A DNA stretch of 64,000 bases from positions 1-64,000 of the forward strand of contig JAXLQJ010000040.1 in NCBI GenBank assembly GCA_046331705.1, in the 5' to 3' direction. The position numbers and the translations under genes are program-made. The first letter of the stretch is position 1. The number at the start of each line of letters is the position of its first letter. Shown here one piece after another: positions 38,401 through 47,474 of the stretch. This DNA comes from a bacterium. Its GTDB lineage: Bacteria; JADJOY01. Below the pieces are notes generated by a model. The model was not told the DNA's origin. It made no database searches and saw nothing but the letters and a program-made list of their open reading frames with translations.

Positions 38401-38730
38401 GTGGAGCGGGTCGCGGCGGCGCGGCTGGCGGTGGAAGCGTCCGTCGCGATCGAGTGCCTGCTGGGAACCGAGCTCGGCCGGCGCGTGGCACCGCGGCTCG
38501 AGAATCATCGCCTCGTGGCACCCGAGCGGATCGACGCCGAGGTTCTCGCGGCGCTGCGACGAGCGCTCCTGCGGGGTGTCGTGAGCGAGCGCCGCGCGGC
38601 CGCAGCGTTGAGTGATCTCGAAGCATCGCCCCTCGTCCGCATTTCCCATCGACCGCGTCTGCCGGATGCGTGACGGGTACGCAGGCACGACTCGACGTGC
38701 GACTCGCTCCACGTCGCCGCCGCGCGCGCG
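38401..38730 (+). pseudogene. vapC: VapC/PIN-domain toxin pseudogene
   Basis: VEASVAIECLL...LVAPERIDAEVLAALRR...AALSDLE...ISHRP, then in-frame TGA (38671-38673, at the expected Trp) followed by RVRRHDSTCDSLHVAAAR (cf. WxLRHNxSxYDALYVA). Confidence 0.65.
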
Positions 38731-38795
38731 CCGGGTCGGTGTGCTGGTGCAGTGCGTCGCGCTGTGATGCAGCGCGGCTGCGCGCCGCCGGCGCG

Positions 38796-40553
38796 TCACC
38801 CACCGATCGCTTGCGCGAGCGGCTCGTCGAGGCCGTACACGTCGTCGAGGAAGGAAAGTCCGCCGCCGGGCAGCGGTAGCGCCGTCGCGTAGAAGAGCAA
38901 CACGGGCATCGGTGGATCGATCTCCACCCAGCGGTTGGGATCGCCGCTGGTGGCTTTCACGATCGTTTCGCGGGTCCACGCGGACTCCTCGCGCAGAACG
39001 TACGTCGCCAGCGCCACGGGATCCTCGACGCGGACACAGCCGTGGCTGAGCGCGCGACGGTTGCGGCGGAAGAGCCCCTGCATCGGGGTGCCGTGGAGGT
39101 ACACGCTCTCGTCGTTCGGGAACACGAATTTCACCGCGCCCAGCGAGTTCTTGGGTCCGGGACGCTGGCGCACGCGGATGCTGCCGTTGGCGAGCAAGGG
39201 GATGCGTTCGGGTGTGAGGTCGAGAACGCCCGCGTCCTTCGACCAGCCGTCCACCAGCTCCATGTCGTTGGTGACCAGGTAATTCGGGTCCTTCACGAGC
39301 GACGGTGCGATCTCCTTCTCGGCAATGCTCTTGGGCACGTTCCAGTACGGGCGAAAGACGATGTTCGTGAGCTCACTGGCGAGCAGCGGCGTTTGCTTGT
39401 CGAGCGCCTGCCCCACCACCACGTTCATCGTGAGCACGGCCTCGCCGTCGGTGATCGCCGAGGGGATCACCCACAAGCGATACGACGGCACGTTGACCAG
39501 GATGAACGGCGCGTCGCCCAGCTCGGGCAGCCAGCGCAGCCGCTCCAGGGTGAGCGCGAGCTGGCGCGCGCGAGCGGCGGGCGGCTCCGCGAGCGCGGCC
39601 CAGGTGGACGTGCCGATGACGCCGTCGGCGGCGAGCCCGTGCCGGGCCTGGAAATGCTTCACGCCCTGAGCCAGCGCCGTGTCGTAGTGGCTCGCGCTCT
39701 TGCCGGAGGTGGGCGCCGCCTCGGCGTCGGACGGTAGGTCACCGAGAGCCACCAGCAGGGCGCGAATCTGTGGGACCACCGCGCGATGCTCGCCGGGAAC
39801 GAGCTTCCCGCTGCCGTGCACCGGCGTCAGATCGGTCCGTGAGGCGAGGCCGCGATAGCGCGTGAGCTCGGCGCGCAGCCGCTGATAGAGAAAACCGCGC
39901 GGCGCTGCCGCCTCGATCTTCTGCGGGAGCTCGTCATCCGCCGCCGCGAGCGCGTCCTCGAGCAGCGCGCCCACTTCCGCACGGCGATCGCTGGGATCGA
40001 TCGCGTACCCCAGCTGTTTCGGATCGACCTGGCCTGCGTGCAGGTCGCTCAGCAAGCGAAAGAGCGCGGACGTCGCTGCCACGTCGAGGCGCGCTTGCTC
40101 CTCGATCGCCGCGCCGGCGCTGATCTTCGCTTGCGTCAGCAGCGCGATCTGGTCGCGCAGGGGCCGCGGATCGTGGCGCGTTGCCGCGAGCCCATGGCTC
40201 GGCGCCGACGCCAGCGCCTCGATCAGGCGGTCGAGGCGCACCCCGAGCTGACCGTCCTCGCTCACCCAGGCTGGCGCGAAGGCACGGGTTGCGTACGCGT
40301 TCCAGATCTCCGGCGCGGCGTGCTCGTCGCTCTTGGCGACGCGCTCCACCGCCAGCGAGATCGCGGAGCGCGCCGGCAACGCGGGCTTTGGTGAGCTCGT
40401 CGACGCGCCGGCGCCCTCCGCGAGCGGCGTCGCCGCCGCGGGACCAGCGCCGTCCCGGACGCGGGGCACCGCGCGCACGCAGCTCGCGGCGAGCACGAGC
40501 ACTGCAAGCATGCGGCAACTCGACTTCCGGCGATCGAACCCAGGCTCGGTCAA
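38796..40553 (-). CDS. L,D-transpeptidase (YcbB/LdtD-like) with peptidoglycan-binding domain
   Basis: FQARHGLAADGVIG, LERLRWLP, VNVPSY, PYWNVPKSI, YLHGTP...SHGCVRV; start may instead be ATG 40511. Confidence 0.92.
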   Translation of the reverse strand: MTEPGFDRRKSSCRMLAVLVLAASCVRAVPRVRDGAGPAAATPLAEGAGASTSSPKPALPARSAISLAVERVAKSDEHAAPEIWNAYATRAFAPAWVSEDGQLGVRLDRLIEALASAPSHGLAATRHDPRPLRDQIALLTQAKISAGAAIEEQARLDVAATSALFRLLSDLHAGQVDPKQLGYAIDPSDRRAEVGALLEDALAAADDELPQKIEAAAPRGFLYQRLRAELTRYRGLASRTDLTPVHGSGKLVPGEHRAVVPQIRALLVALGDLPSDAEAAPTSGKSASHYDTALAQGVKHFQARHGLAADGVIGTSTWAALAEPPAARARQLALTLERLRWLPELGDAPFILVNVPSYRLWVIPSAITDGEAVLTMNVVVGQALDKQTPLLASELTNIVFRPYWNVPKSIAEKEIAPSLVKDPNYLVTNDMELVDGWSKDAGVLDLTPERIPLLANGSIRVRQRPGPKNSLGAVKFVFPNDESVYLHGTPMQGLFRRNRRALSHGCVRVEDPVALATYVLREESAWTRETIVKATSGDPNRWVEIDPPMPVLLFYATALPLPGGGLSFLDDVYGLDEPLAQAIGG

Positions 40554-40800
40554 GCGAATCCTCCACGGCCGCGGTCAGCGAGAGCACGCGAAGCACACGA
40601 CGAACGAAAGCTATCCAGGATGCAGAGTGCGTGCCACCGAGAGCGCGCGCCCAGCGACTCGTGATCCCACGGGACGATCGTCACCCTCGTGTCCGGCAGC
40701 GCACGCGCGTGTCCTGCGCGACACGCCTCGCGACGCGTCGCGCGGCCCGCCTTGACGCGTCATCGGACGCGGCGACAGGCTCAGCCGTCGGAGGAAGCCC

Positions 40801-41226
40801 ATGCAAGTCACGCGCAGACTCGAGTTCCCCGCCGGCCATCGCCTCATGAATCACGAGGGCGGCTGCAAGGATCTTCACGGCCACAACTACGCCATCGAGA
40901 TCTCGGTCGAAGGCGATCAGCTCGACGCCGTGGGTCGCGTCATCGATTTCGACGTGATCCGCGAGCTGATCTACGGCTGGATCCTCGATCACTGGGACCA
41001 CGGCTTCCTGCTCAACCGCCACGACCACGAGGTCATTCGCGCCATCGGCCCCTTCTGCAAGGGCGGCAAGCCCTATCTCATGGACGCGAACCCCACCGCG
41101 GAGAACATCGCCACCGAGCTCTACCGCGTGGCGAGCGAGGTGCTCGCGAGCTACCCGGTGCGAATCGTGGCGGTGAAGGTGCAGGAGATGGAGGGCTGCT
41201 GGGCCACGCTCGTGCCCGCCCGGTAG
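40801..41226 (+). CDS. queD: 6-carboxy-5,6,7,8-tetrahydropterin synthase
   Basis: AGHRL...CKDLHGHNY, WDHGFL, NPTAENIA. Confidence 0.9.
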   Translation: MQVTRRLEFPAGHRLMNHEGGCKDLHGHNYAIEISVEGDQLDAVGRVIDFDVIRELIYGWILDHWDHGFLLNRHDHEVIRAIGPFCKGGKPYLMDANPTAENIATELYRVASEVLASYPVRIVAVKVQEMEGCWATLVPAR

Positions 41227-41234
41227 ACGCGCGC

Positions 41235-41879
41235 ATGATCGCGACGATCGAACGCTACGTGCGGGCGAGCGCTCGCGAGCTCGGCACGGACCATCTCGAT
41301 CCACGAGTTCTCGACGCCATGCGCCGCGTGCCGCGGCACGAGTTCGTGCCCGACGCGCTCGCGGACGTCGCCTACGACGACCGGCCGCTGCCGATCGGCC
41401 ACGGCCAGACGATCTCCCAGCCGTTCATCGTCGCGCTCATGAGCCACCTGGCGCGGATCGAGCCGGACCACCGCGTGCTGGAGGTCGGCACGGGGTCCGG
41501 CTACCAGGCCGCCGTGCTCGCGGAGCTCGCTCACGAGGTGAGATCGATCGAAGTGGTGCCAGAGCTGGCGGCGAGCGCGTCGAAACGGCTCGCGCGCCTC
41601 GGCTACGCCAACGTCGAGGTGCGCTGCGGCGATGGCTACGCCGGCTGGCCCGAGGCCGCGCCCTTCGACGCGATCGTCGTCACCGCGGCGGCACCCCACG
41701 TTCCGCCGGCGCTGGTGGAGCAGCTGCGCGTGGGCGGCACGCTGGTGATTCCGGTCGGCGAGCCCTACGCGCCGCAGCGGCTCGAAGCGCTTCACAAGCA
41801 CGACGACGCGCACGTGACCACGCGCAACGTGCTGCCGGTGGCCTTCGTGCCTCTGGTGCACCGACGCGCAGGCGACTGA
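41235..41879 (+). CDS. pcm: Protein-L-isoaspartate O-methyltransferase
   Basis: VPRHEFVP, PLPIGHGQTISQP, VLEVGTGSGYQAA, APFDAIVVTAA. Confidence 0.95.
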   Translation: MIATIERYVRASARELGTDHLDPRVLDAMRRVPRHEFVPDALADVAYDDRPLPIGHGQTISQPFIVALMSHLARIEPDHRVLEVGTGSGYQAAVLAELAHEVRSIEVVPELAASASKRLARLGYANVEVRCGDGYAGWPEAAPFDAIVVTAAAPHVPPALVEQLRVGGTLVIPVGEPYAPQRLEALHKHDDAHVTTRNVLPVAFVPLVHRRAGD

Positions 41880-41903
41880 ATTCGCCCTGCGAAGGGCGGC
41901 GCT

Positions 41904-42311
41904 TCATCTCGCCGGCGGGCCCTTGAGCTCGACCACGTTTCCATCGGGATCGAAGACGTACATCGACGGACCGTCGCCCTCGGCGCCGTAGCGCGTCTCG
42001 ACCGGTCCCGCCTCGATGCCGTGCGCCGCCAGCGTGGCGCGGATCTCGGCCTCGTCGAATGGTTCGACGCGAAAGCAGAAGTGGTCGAGGTTCTTGCCTT
42101 CGCCGGCGGGCGCGGCGCCACCGAGGCTGCCCAGCGGGCCGTCGACGGGGACGAGATCGACCAGCGAGCGGCCCGCGCGGAGCTGGATGAGCCCGATGTC
42201 GTCGCGCCGCCGCTCGACGGTGCAACCGAGAGCGTCGCAATAGAACGCGAGCATCCGCTCGAGGTCCTTCACACGCAGCACCAGATGATCGATCTCGCGA
42301 ATGGTCAGCAT
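41904..42311 (-). CDS. VOC/glyoxalase-family protein
   Basis: IDHLVLRV, LDHFCF, YGAEG.GPSMYVFDPDGNVVELK; GGAGG RBS. Confidence 0.9.
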   Translation of the reverse strand: MLTIREIDHLVLRVKDLERMLAFYCDALGCTVERRRDDIGLIQLRAGRSLVDLVPVDGPLGSLGGAAPAGEGKNLDHFCFRVEPFDEAEIRATLAAHGIEAGPVETRYGAEGDGPSMYVFDPDGNVVELKGPPAR

Positions 42312-42354
42312 GGATCCTCCTCGCACGACCCGCTCGCGGGAAACGTTGCGTCTG

Positions 42355-43650
42355 TCATTCGGTGGGCCACGGCGGAGGCGGCGGCAACAGGCCCAGCTGG
42401 CGCACCATCCCCAGATCGTCGCGATTCGCCCAGTGCTCGGTGATCGCGCCTTTCTGCACCCGCAGCATGTGGATGGTCTGGACCTCGAACGTCCTTTCCG
42501 TCGGCGGCACGCCGACCAGCATCCCGCCGTCCACCGGATACTTGCCGATCCCCCTGTGCGTGCCGCTGTACATCGCGCGGAGGACGATCCACTCACCGTC
42601 CTGCAACCAGCTCTTCACTGTGAGCCGTGCGTCGGGAAAGCGCGTCTGGATGTCCTGAAGAACGAGGCGGATCTCGTCACGTCCGACGGGATAGCCGTGG
42701 TTGAGCCCGGTTTCGGCGAAGGTCGCCGCCGCTCCATCCAGGTCGCCGCGATTGAATGCGTCGAGAAAGCGCTCGACGACCTTGCGATTCGCGCGTTGAG
42801 CCGTCGTCGAGATCCGCCCGCTCGTCGCGGTGCCGTGCGGCGCGGGAGAGGAGTCCGTGATCGCGAGCAGCGCGTCCGCGACCAACTCGGGCGCGCGAAA
42901 CACCGTGCCGTGATCGCCCACGATCACCCGCACCGGCCAGCCGCGCTGCTTGGCGCGTGCCGCGGCGACCGCAAAGTCGGCTTCGTCCGGCTTGGTGCCG
43001 GGTGGCACGAACTGAAGGAACGCACCGGGCACGGCGCGACCGTTCGCATTCTTCAGGCTGATCGCATCCGCGAGGGTCTTGTAGGGTTGCGGGTCTTGCT
43101 TGGGTGGGGCGCCGTCCGGACTCTCCCAGAACGCGGGCACAAGACCCGAGCCCGCCGCCGCTCGAACGTGCTCGAGGATTTGCTGCGCCATCGGCGAATG
43201 CATGTTCGGGGCGAAGCTCATCGTCGATTCGCCATCCTCGGGAAGGAACGCGTCGATGTAGACGACCTGACGGATCCGCTCCGGGATGCGATCAACCACG
43301 CCGGTGACGACCATGCCCGAATAGCTGTAGCCGGTCAGCACCACGTCGTGCAGGTCCTCGTAGCGGATCAAGTTCACGATCTGCTGGATGTGCGTCTCGA
43401 GCCCGATGTCGGGATTCGCGAGGTGCGCGGTATCGCCGGTTCCAACGAGCGCCGGCCGGTACACCTCGTGGCCCGCAGCGCGGAGACGGCGCTCGATCGG
43501 CCGAAACGCATAGCCGCCCCCCCAGCCACCGTGCACCATCACGAACGTCCGATGCGCCGTCACGCCGGACGTCTCGGCGCCATGCACCGAACCGCTCAGC
43601 AAAGGAATGAAAACGACGAGAATCGCAGCGAAGAGCAAGACTCGCTTCAT
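42355..43650 (-). CDS. Secreted alpha/beta hydrolase fused to a SnoaL-like ester cyclase domain
   Basis: Signal peptide; FVMVHGGWGGG, GYSYSG, YIDAF; C-terminal ANRKVVERF...FPD...GTHRG...PPT...ITEHWANRDDLGMVRQLG. Confidence 0.85.
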   Translation of the reverse strand: MKRVLLFAAILVVFIPLLSGSVHGAETSGVTAHRTFVMVHGGWGGGYAFRPIERRLRAAGHEVYRPALVGTGDTAHLANPDIGLETHIQQIVNLIRYEDLHDVVLTGYSYSGMVVTGVVDRIPERIRQVVYIDAFLPEDGESTMSFAPNMHSPMAQQILEHVRAAAGSGLVPAFWESPDGAPPKQDPQPYKTLADAISLKNANGRAVPGAFLQFVPPGTKPDEADFAVAAARAKQRGWPVRVIVGDHGTVFRAPELVADALLAITDSSPAPHGTATSGRISTTAQRANRKVVERFLDAFNRGDLDGAAATFAETGLNHGYPVGRDEIRLVLQDIQTRFPDARLTVKSWLQDGEWIVLRAMYSGTHRGIGKYPVDGGMLVGVPPTERTFEVQTIHMLRVQKGAITEHWANRDDLGMVRQLGLLPPPPPWPTE

Positions 43651-43847
43651 GGCACCTCCCATGACCATCCCAATGCCAGGCTCCGCGAGATCAACGGAGC
43701 CCGAGGCCCGCTGTGAGAGCGTGCAACTCGGGCGTCGTGACGTGGAAATCGTAAACGAAGGCGCTGGCCGCCGCGAACGCCGGGACAACGGAACCGGCCG
43801 TGGGAATCTCGGGTATCCTTCGTCGTCGGATCGAGAAAGGACGTGTC

Positions 43848-44999
43848 GTGCGGAGTCGAGAGGCGTACGAAGAGCTGGAGCTCACGAACCTGGCGCCGTT
43901 CGCGGCCAAGAGCCGGGTTTCGCGCGGGCGGCGGTATCCCGAGGGCGAGGATCCGGTGCGCACGGCGTTCCAGCGCGACCGCGATCGCATCATCCACTCC
44001 GCGGCGTTTCGCCGGCTCGAGTACAAGACGCAGGTCTTCGTGAACCACGAAGGCGACTACTACCGCACCCGGCTCACGCACACCCTCGAAGGAACGCAGA
44101 TCGCGCGGTCGATCGCTCGCGCGCTGCGGGTGAACGAAGAGCTCGCGGAGGCCGTGAGCCTCGCGCACGACCTGGGGCACACGCCGTTCGGACATTCGGG
44201 CGAGCGCGTGCTCGACGAGCTGATGCGCGATCACGGCGGGTTCGAGCACAACGTGCAGAGCCTCCGGATCGTGGAGGTGCTGGAAGCGCGCTACGCGCGG
44301 TTCCCCGGGCTCAACCTGACGTGGGAGGTCCGCGACGGCATCGCCAAGCATTCGAAGCGCCCGAGCCATCCGACCATCGCTCAGTACGATCCCAGTCTCG
44401 CGCCGTGCCTGGAGGCGACCATCGCCGACATGGCGGACGAGATCGCCTACAACAACCACGACATCGACGACGGCATCACCTCGGGCATGCTCACCTTCGA
44501 GCAGCTCGCCTCCGTTCGGCTGTGGCGCGACGCCCACGCGGCGGTGGTCGAGCGCGAGCGCGAGCTCGAGCCCCAGCTCGTCCTCTACCAAGTGATCCGC
44601 TGCATCATCAACTGGCAGGTGATGGACCTGATCCGCGCCACGGAAGAGAACCTGCGGCGGCTCGGCATCCAATCCCTCGACGACGTGCGGGCCGCCAAGG
44701 AGCCGGTGGTCACCTTCGGCGCCGACATGGCGGCGCTCAACGCCGAGCTCAAGCGCTTCCTGAAGGCCAACCTCTACGATCACCACCGGGTGATGCGGAT
44801 GTCCGCCAAGGCGCAGCGCTTCCTGCGCGAGCTCTTCCAGGCGTATTGCTCGGACTCGCGCCAGCTCCCGCCCGACGTGCAGCGACGGATCGAGAGCGAG
44901 GGGCTCGAGCGCGCGGTGGCCGATCACATCGCCGGCATGACCGATCGCTCGGCCCTCGACGAGTACAAGAAGCTCTTCGATCCCTACGAGCGGGTGTGA
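43848..44999 (+). CDS. dgt: Deoxyguanosinetriphosphate triphosphohydrolase (HD family)
   Basis: FQRDRDRIIHSAAFRRLEYKTQVF, RTRLTH, AHDLGHTPFGHSGE, ADEIAYNNHDIDDG, IAGMTD. Confidence 0.95.
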   Translation: MRSREAYEELELTNLAPFAAKSRVSRGRRYPEGEDPVRTAFQRDRDRIIHSAAFRRLEYKTQVFVNHEGDYYRTRLTHTLEGTQIARSIARALRVNEELAEAVSLAHDLGHTPFGHSGERVLDELMRDHGGFEHNVQSLRIVEVLEARYARFPGLNLTWEVRDGIAKHSKRPSHPTIAQYDPSLAPCLEATIADMADEIAYNNHDIDDGITSGMLTFEQLASVRLWRDAHAAVVERERELEPQLVLYQVIRCIINWQVMDLIRATEENLRRLGIQSLDDVRAAKEPVVTFGADMAALNAELKRFLKANLYDHHRVMRMSAKAQRFLRELFQAYCSDSRQLPPDVQRRIESEGLERAVADHIAGMTDRSALDEYKKLFDPYERV

Positions 45000-45014
45000 C
45001 CGAGCGCCGATCGC

Positions 45015-45614
45015 TCAGCCGTCGCAGGTGTCGAGCACGACCTCGACGCGGCGATTCTTGGCGCGACCTTCCGGATCGTCGCTGCCGTCGGGCTTGACGT
45101 TGGGAGCCACGGGACGGGACTCGCCGTAGCCGACCATCGGGGTGCCCGCCGGCACCGCTCCGCGGCGAACGAGCCAGTCGCGCACGGTGCCGGCGCGCCG
45201 CTCGGACAGCGCTTGGTTGTAGTCCGTGGCTCCCTTCGCGTCCGTGTGTCCCTCGACGGACACGTGCCGCGCGCGGTTCTCGCGGATCGCGGGCTCGAGC
45301 GCGGCGAGCGACGCTTCGGCGGCAGCGGTGAGCTCCGCGCGATCGAACTCGAAGAGCGCGTCGGCGCCCACCACCAACCGCGTGCGGCACTTCTCGACGA
45401 CCTGCTGGATCTCGCCCGGCTTCTGGATCTGGCCGGGGGTCTGGATCTTCCCGGGCACCTGCCACGAGCCCTTCGGCTGCTGGATCTCGCCCGGCACCTG
45501 CCACCGACCGCTCGGCGCCGCGATCTCGCCCGGCTTGCGCGCCTCTTCAGCGAATGCCGGCGCGGCGAGCGCCAGCGCGAATCCGATGCAGAACGTCCGG
45601 GCGCGGATGCGCAT
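45015..45614 (-). CDS. OmpA-family peptidoglycan-binding protein with N-terminal PGxIQ repeats
   Basis: LFEFDRAEL, EGHTD, NQALSERRA, GYGESRP, NRRVE. Confidence 0.92.
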   Translation of the reverse strand: MRIRARTFCIGFALALAAPAFAEEARKPGEIAAPSGRWQVPGEIQQPKGSWQVPGKIQTPGQIQKPGEIQQVVEKCRTRLVVGADALFEFDRAELTAAAEASLAALEPAIRENRARHVSVEGHTDAKGATDYNQALSERRAGTVRDWLVRRGAVPAGTPMVGYGESRPVAPNVKPDGSDDPEGRAKNRRVEVVLDTCDG

Positions 45615-45626
45615 GCGCGATCTCCC

Positions 45627-47360
45627 TCAGTTCCTGAGCAAGACGGGCGGTGCCAGGAGCGGCGGACGACGCGACGGCAGCGACAGCCGCTGCAGCTCGA
45701 TGCTCTGCACCACGACGGGAGGCGCCACCTCGGTCACGGGGATGTAGCCGGACTCGGCGCCGCAGTAGCCGTTCATCACCTTCACCTGATCGCCCGCCGC
45801 GAGGATGCGCGAGATCGCCGCGAGCGGCGTGCCCACGATCTCCACCCCGCGCACCAGCGTCTTCTCCCCGCTCGTCGGGTCGATGCGATAGGCGAGCCCC
45901 GGCGTGGCGCGGAACGCTTGGTAGCTCTGGCGCGACGTGTTGGTCTCGCCGGAGGTCACGTCCTCGAGGACGAGCCCGAACGGCTTTCCTTGCTTGCGCA
46001 CTTCCTCGAGCAGGATCTCTTGCAGCCGCGCAGCCGGAACCGTCTCGGAGGCGCTCACCATCAGGCTCGCCATGCGCCCGATCGGATCGCGCTTGCCGTC
46101 CGAGCGGCCGTGGCCGTTCGAGGTGAGAAAGCCCGGCACCGGCGTGCGGCTCATCAGGTAACCCTTGAGCACACCGCCCTCGATCAGGACCGCCTTGGCG
46201 GCAGGCGTCGCCTCCTCGTCGAAGCGGTAGTGACCGTAGAGCCCGGTGCCCTGCATCTCCGCGATGGTGGGATCGTCGACCACCGAGATGAACGGCGGCA
46301 CCACCTGCTGGCCGAGCTTGGCGGTGAAGGTCTGGCCGCTCGCCTTGCTGCGCTGACGCTCGCCCTCCAGGCGGTGGCCGACCGCCTCGTGGAAGAAGAC
46401 GCCGGTGCCGGAAGGATCGAGCAACGCCGGCGCGGCCTCCGGCGAGAGCACCGGCGCCTCGCGCAAGGCGAGCGTTTCCTTCGCCATCGCCGCGATGTCG
46501 TCGTGGATCGCCGCGTCGCTGGGGAGCTGCTCGGGAGCACGCTGGTAGAAGGTGCGGGTGCGCGAGAGCTTCATGCCGTCGGGCGCGGTGGCGTTCGCCT
46601 CGGCATAGAGCGACCAGTAGCGATCCTCGGTCACCAGCCGCGTGCCGTCGGTCTGCACGAAGTATCGTCGCTCGCGACGCACGTCGAGCAGCATCGAGCC
46701 CTCGGTGAGATGCTCGAACGAACGCAGGTACGCCGTCTCGCGCCGGAGCAGCGGTAGCCAGCGGTCCTCGTCCACGACCAACGCCAGTGCGGGCTCGGTC
46801 GCCTCGACCCGATCCCGCCCGGCGAAATCGTCCACGTCCTCGTGGGGGTCGACCTCGAAGACGCGCTTGCCCTGCTTGGCCGCGAGGCCCGCGAGCGCGT
46901 CCTTGTAGGCGGCGTCCGTCAACCGCCACAGCGCCGTGCGCAGCGCGTCGGGATCGTCGTCGAGCGGCGCCTGGCGAAAGCCGTAGACGTCACTCGACTC
47001 GCTCTCGAGGTCCATGTCGGGCGGGTCGATCATGGTGTTGTCGAGGTGCGGCATGCCGACGCGCACCTCCACGTAGAGGCGGCGGCGATGACTGGTGGAG
47101 CGCTCGTTGATGGCGCCCGAGACCGCGCCCATGCGCCGCACTTCCTCGTCCTCGAGCATGTAGGAGATGAAGTAGGGCCGCTGGTAGTGCTCGAGCGAGA
47201 GCTCCTTCTTGCTGCGATCGAGCTCTTGCTTCATCGCGTCGAGCAGCAGCTCGTCGTCGGCGCGCGCTCCCCGCGACGGCGCCAGCGAGGCGACGATCGC
47301 GAGCAAGCAGAGCAACGGGGCGCGGCGAATGGGCTGCGACGGCATTCGTGGGAAGCGCAT
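45627..47360 (-). CDS. tldD: TldD/PmbA-family metalloprotease with apparent signal peptide
   Basis: FFHEAVGHRLEG, DDPT, FDEE, SNGHGR, NGYCGAESG; start uncertain. Confidence 0.85.
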   Translation of the reverse strand: MRFPRMPSQPIRRAPLLCLLAIVASLAPSRGARADDELLLDAMKQELDRSKKELSLEHYQRPYFISYMLEDEEVRRMGAVSGAINERSTSHRRRLYVEVRVGMPHLDNTMIDPPDMDLESESSDVYGFRQAPLDDDPDALRTALWRLTDAAYKDALAGLAAKQGKRVFEVDPHEDVDDFAGRDRVEATEPALALVVDEDRWLPLLRRETAYLRSFEHLTEGSMLLDVRRERRYFVQTDGTRLVTEDRYWSLYAEANATAPDGMKLSRTRTFYQRAPEQLPSDAAIHDDIAAMAKETLALREAPVLSPEAAPALLDPSGTGVFFHEAVGHRLEGERQRSKASGQTFTAKLGQQVVPPFISVVDDPTIAEMQGTGLYGHYRFDEEATPAAKAVLIEGGVLKGYLMSRTPVPGFLTSNGHGRSDGKRDPIGRMASLMVSASETVPAARLQEILLEEVRKQGKPFGLVLEDVTSGETNTSRQSYQAFRATPGLAYRIDPTSGEKTLVRGVEIVGTPLAAISRILAAGDQVKVMNGYCGAESGYIPVTEVAPPVVVQSIELQRLSLPSRRPPLLAPPVLLRN

Positions 47361-47474
47361 GACGCGCGAGCTTCTCACCGCGGGATCGACCAAGCAAACC
47401 GCGCGCGAGGGCGAGCGACGCGCCCCGCGCGTGATCGCTCCCGTCACCGAGAGCGGCATGAGAAGCTAGCCGCC

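Noticed and set aside
38671-38673. TGA readthrough (Trp or Sec recoding) in vapC
   Set aside because: TGA is the ordinary stop for most genes here, and the surrounding sequence shows other decay, so a pseudogene is the simpler explanation
40801-41226. queD as part of a 7-deazaguanine DNA-modification (dpd) island
   Set aside because: No dpdA/tgt, queC, queE or folE nearby
43848-44999. dGTPase as an anti-phage nucleotide-depletion system
   Set aside because: Short housekeeping-type Dgt with host-like codon usage in a non-defence neighbourhood
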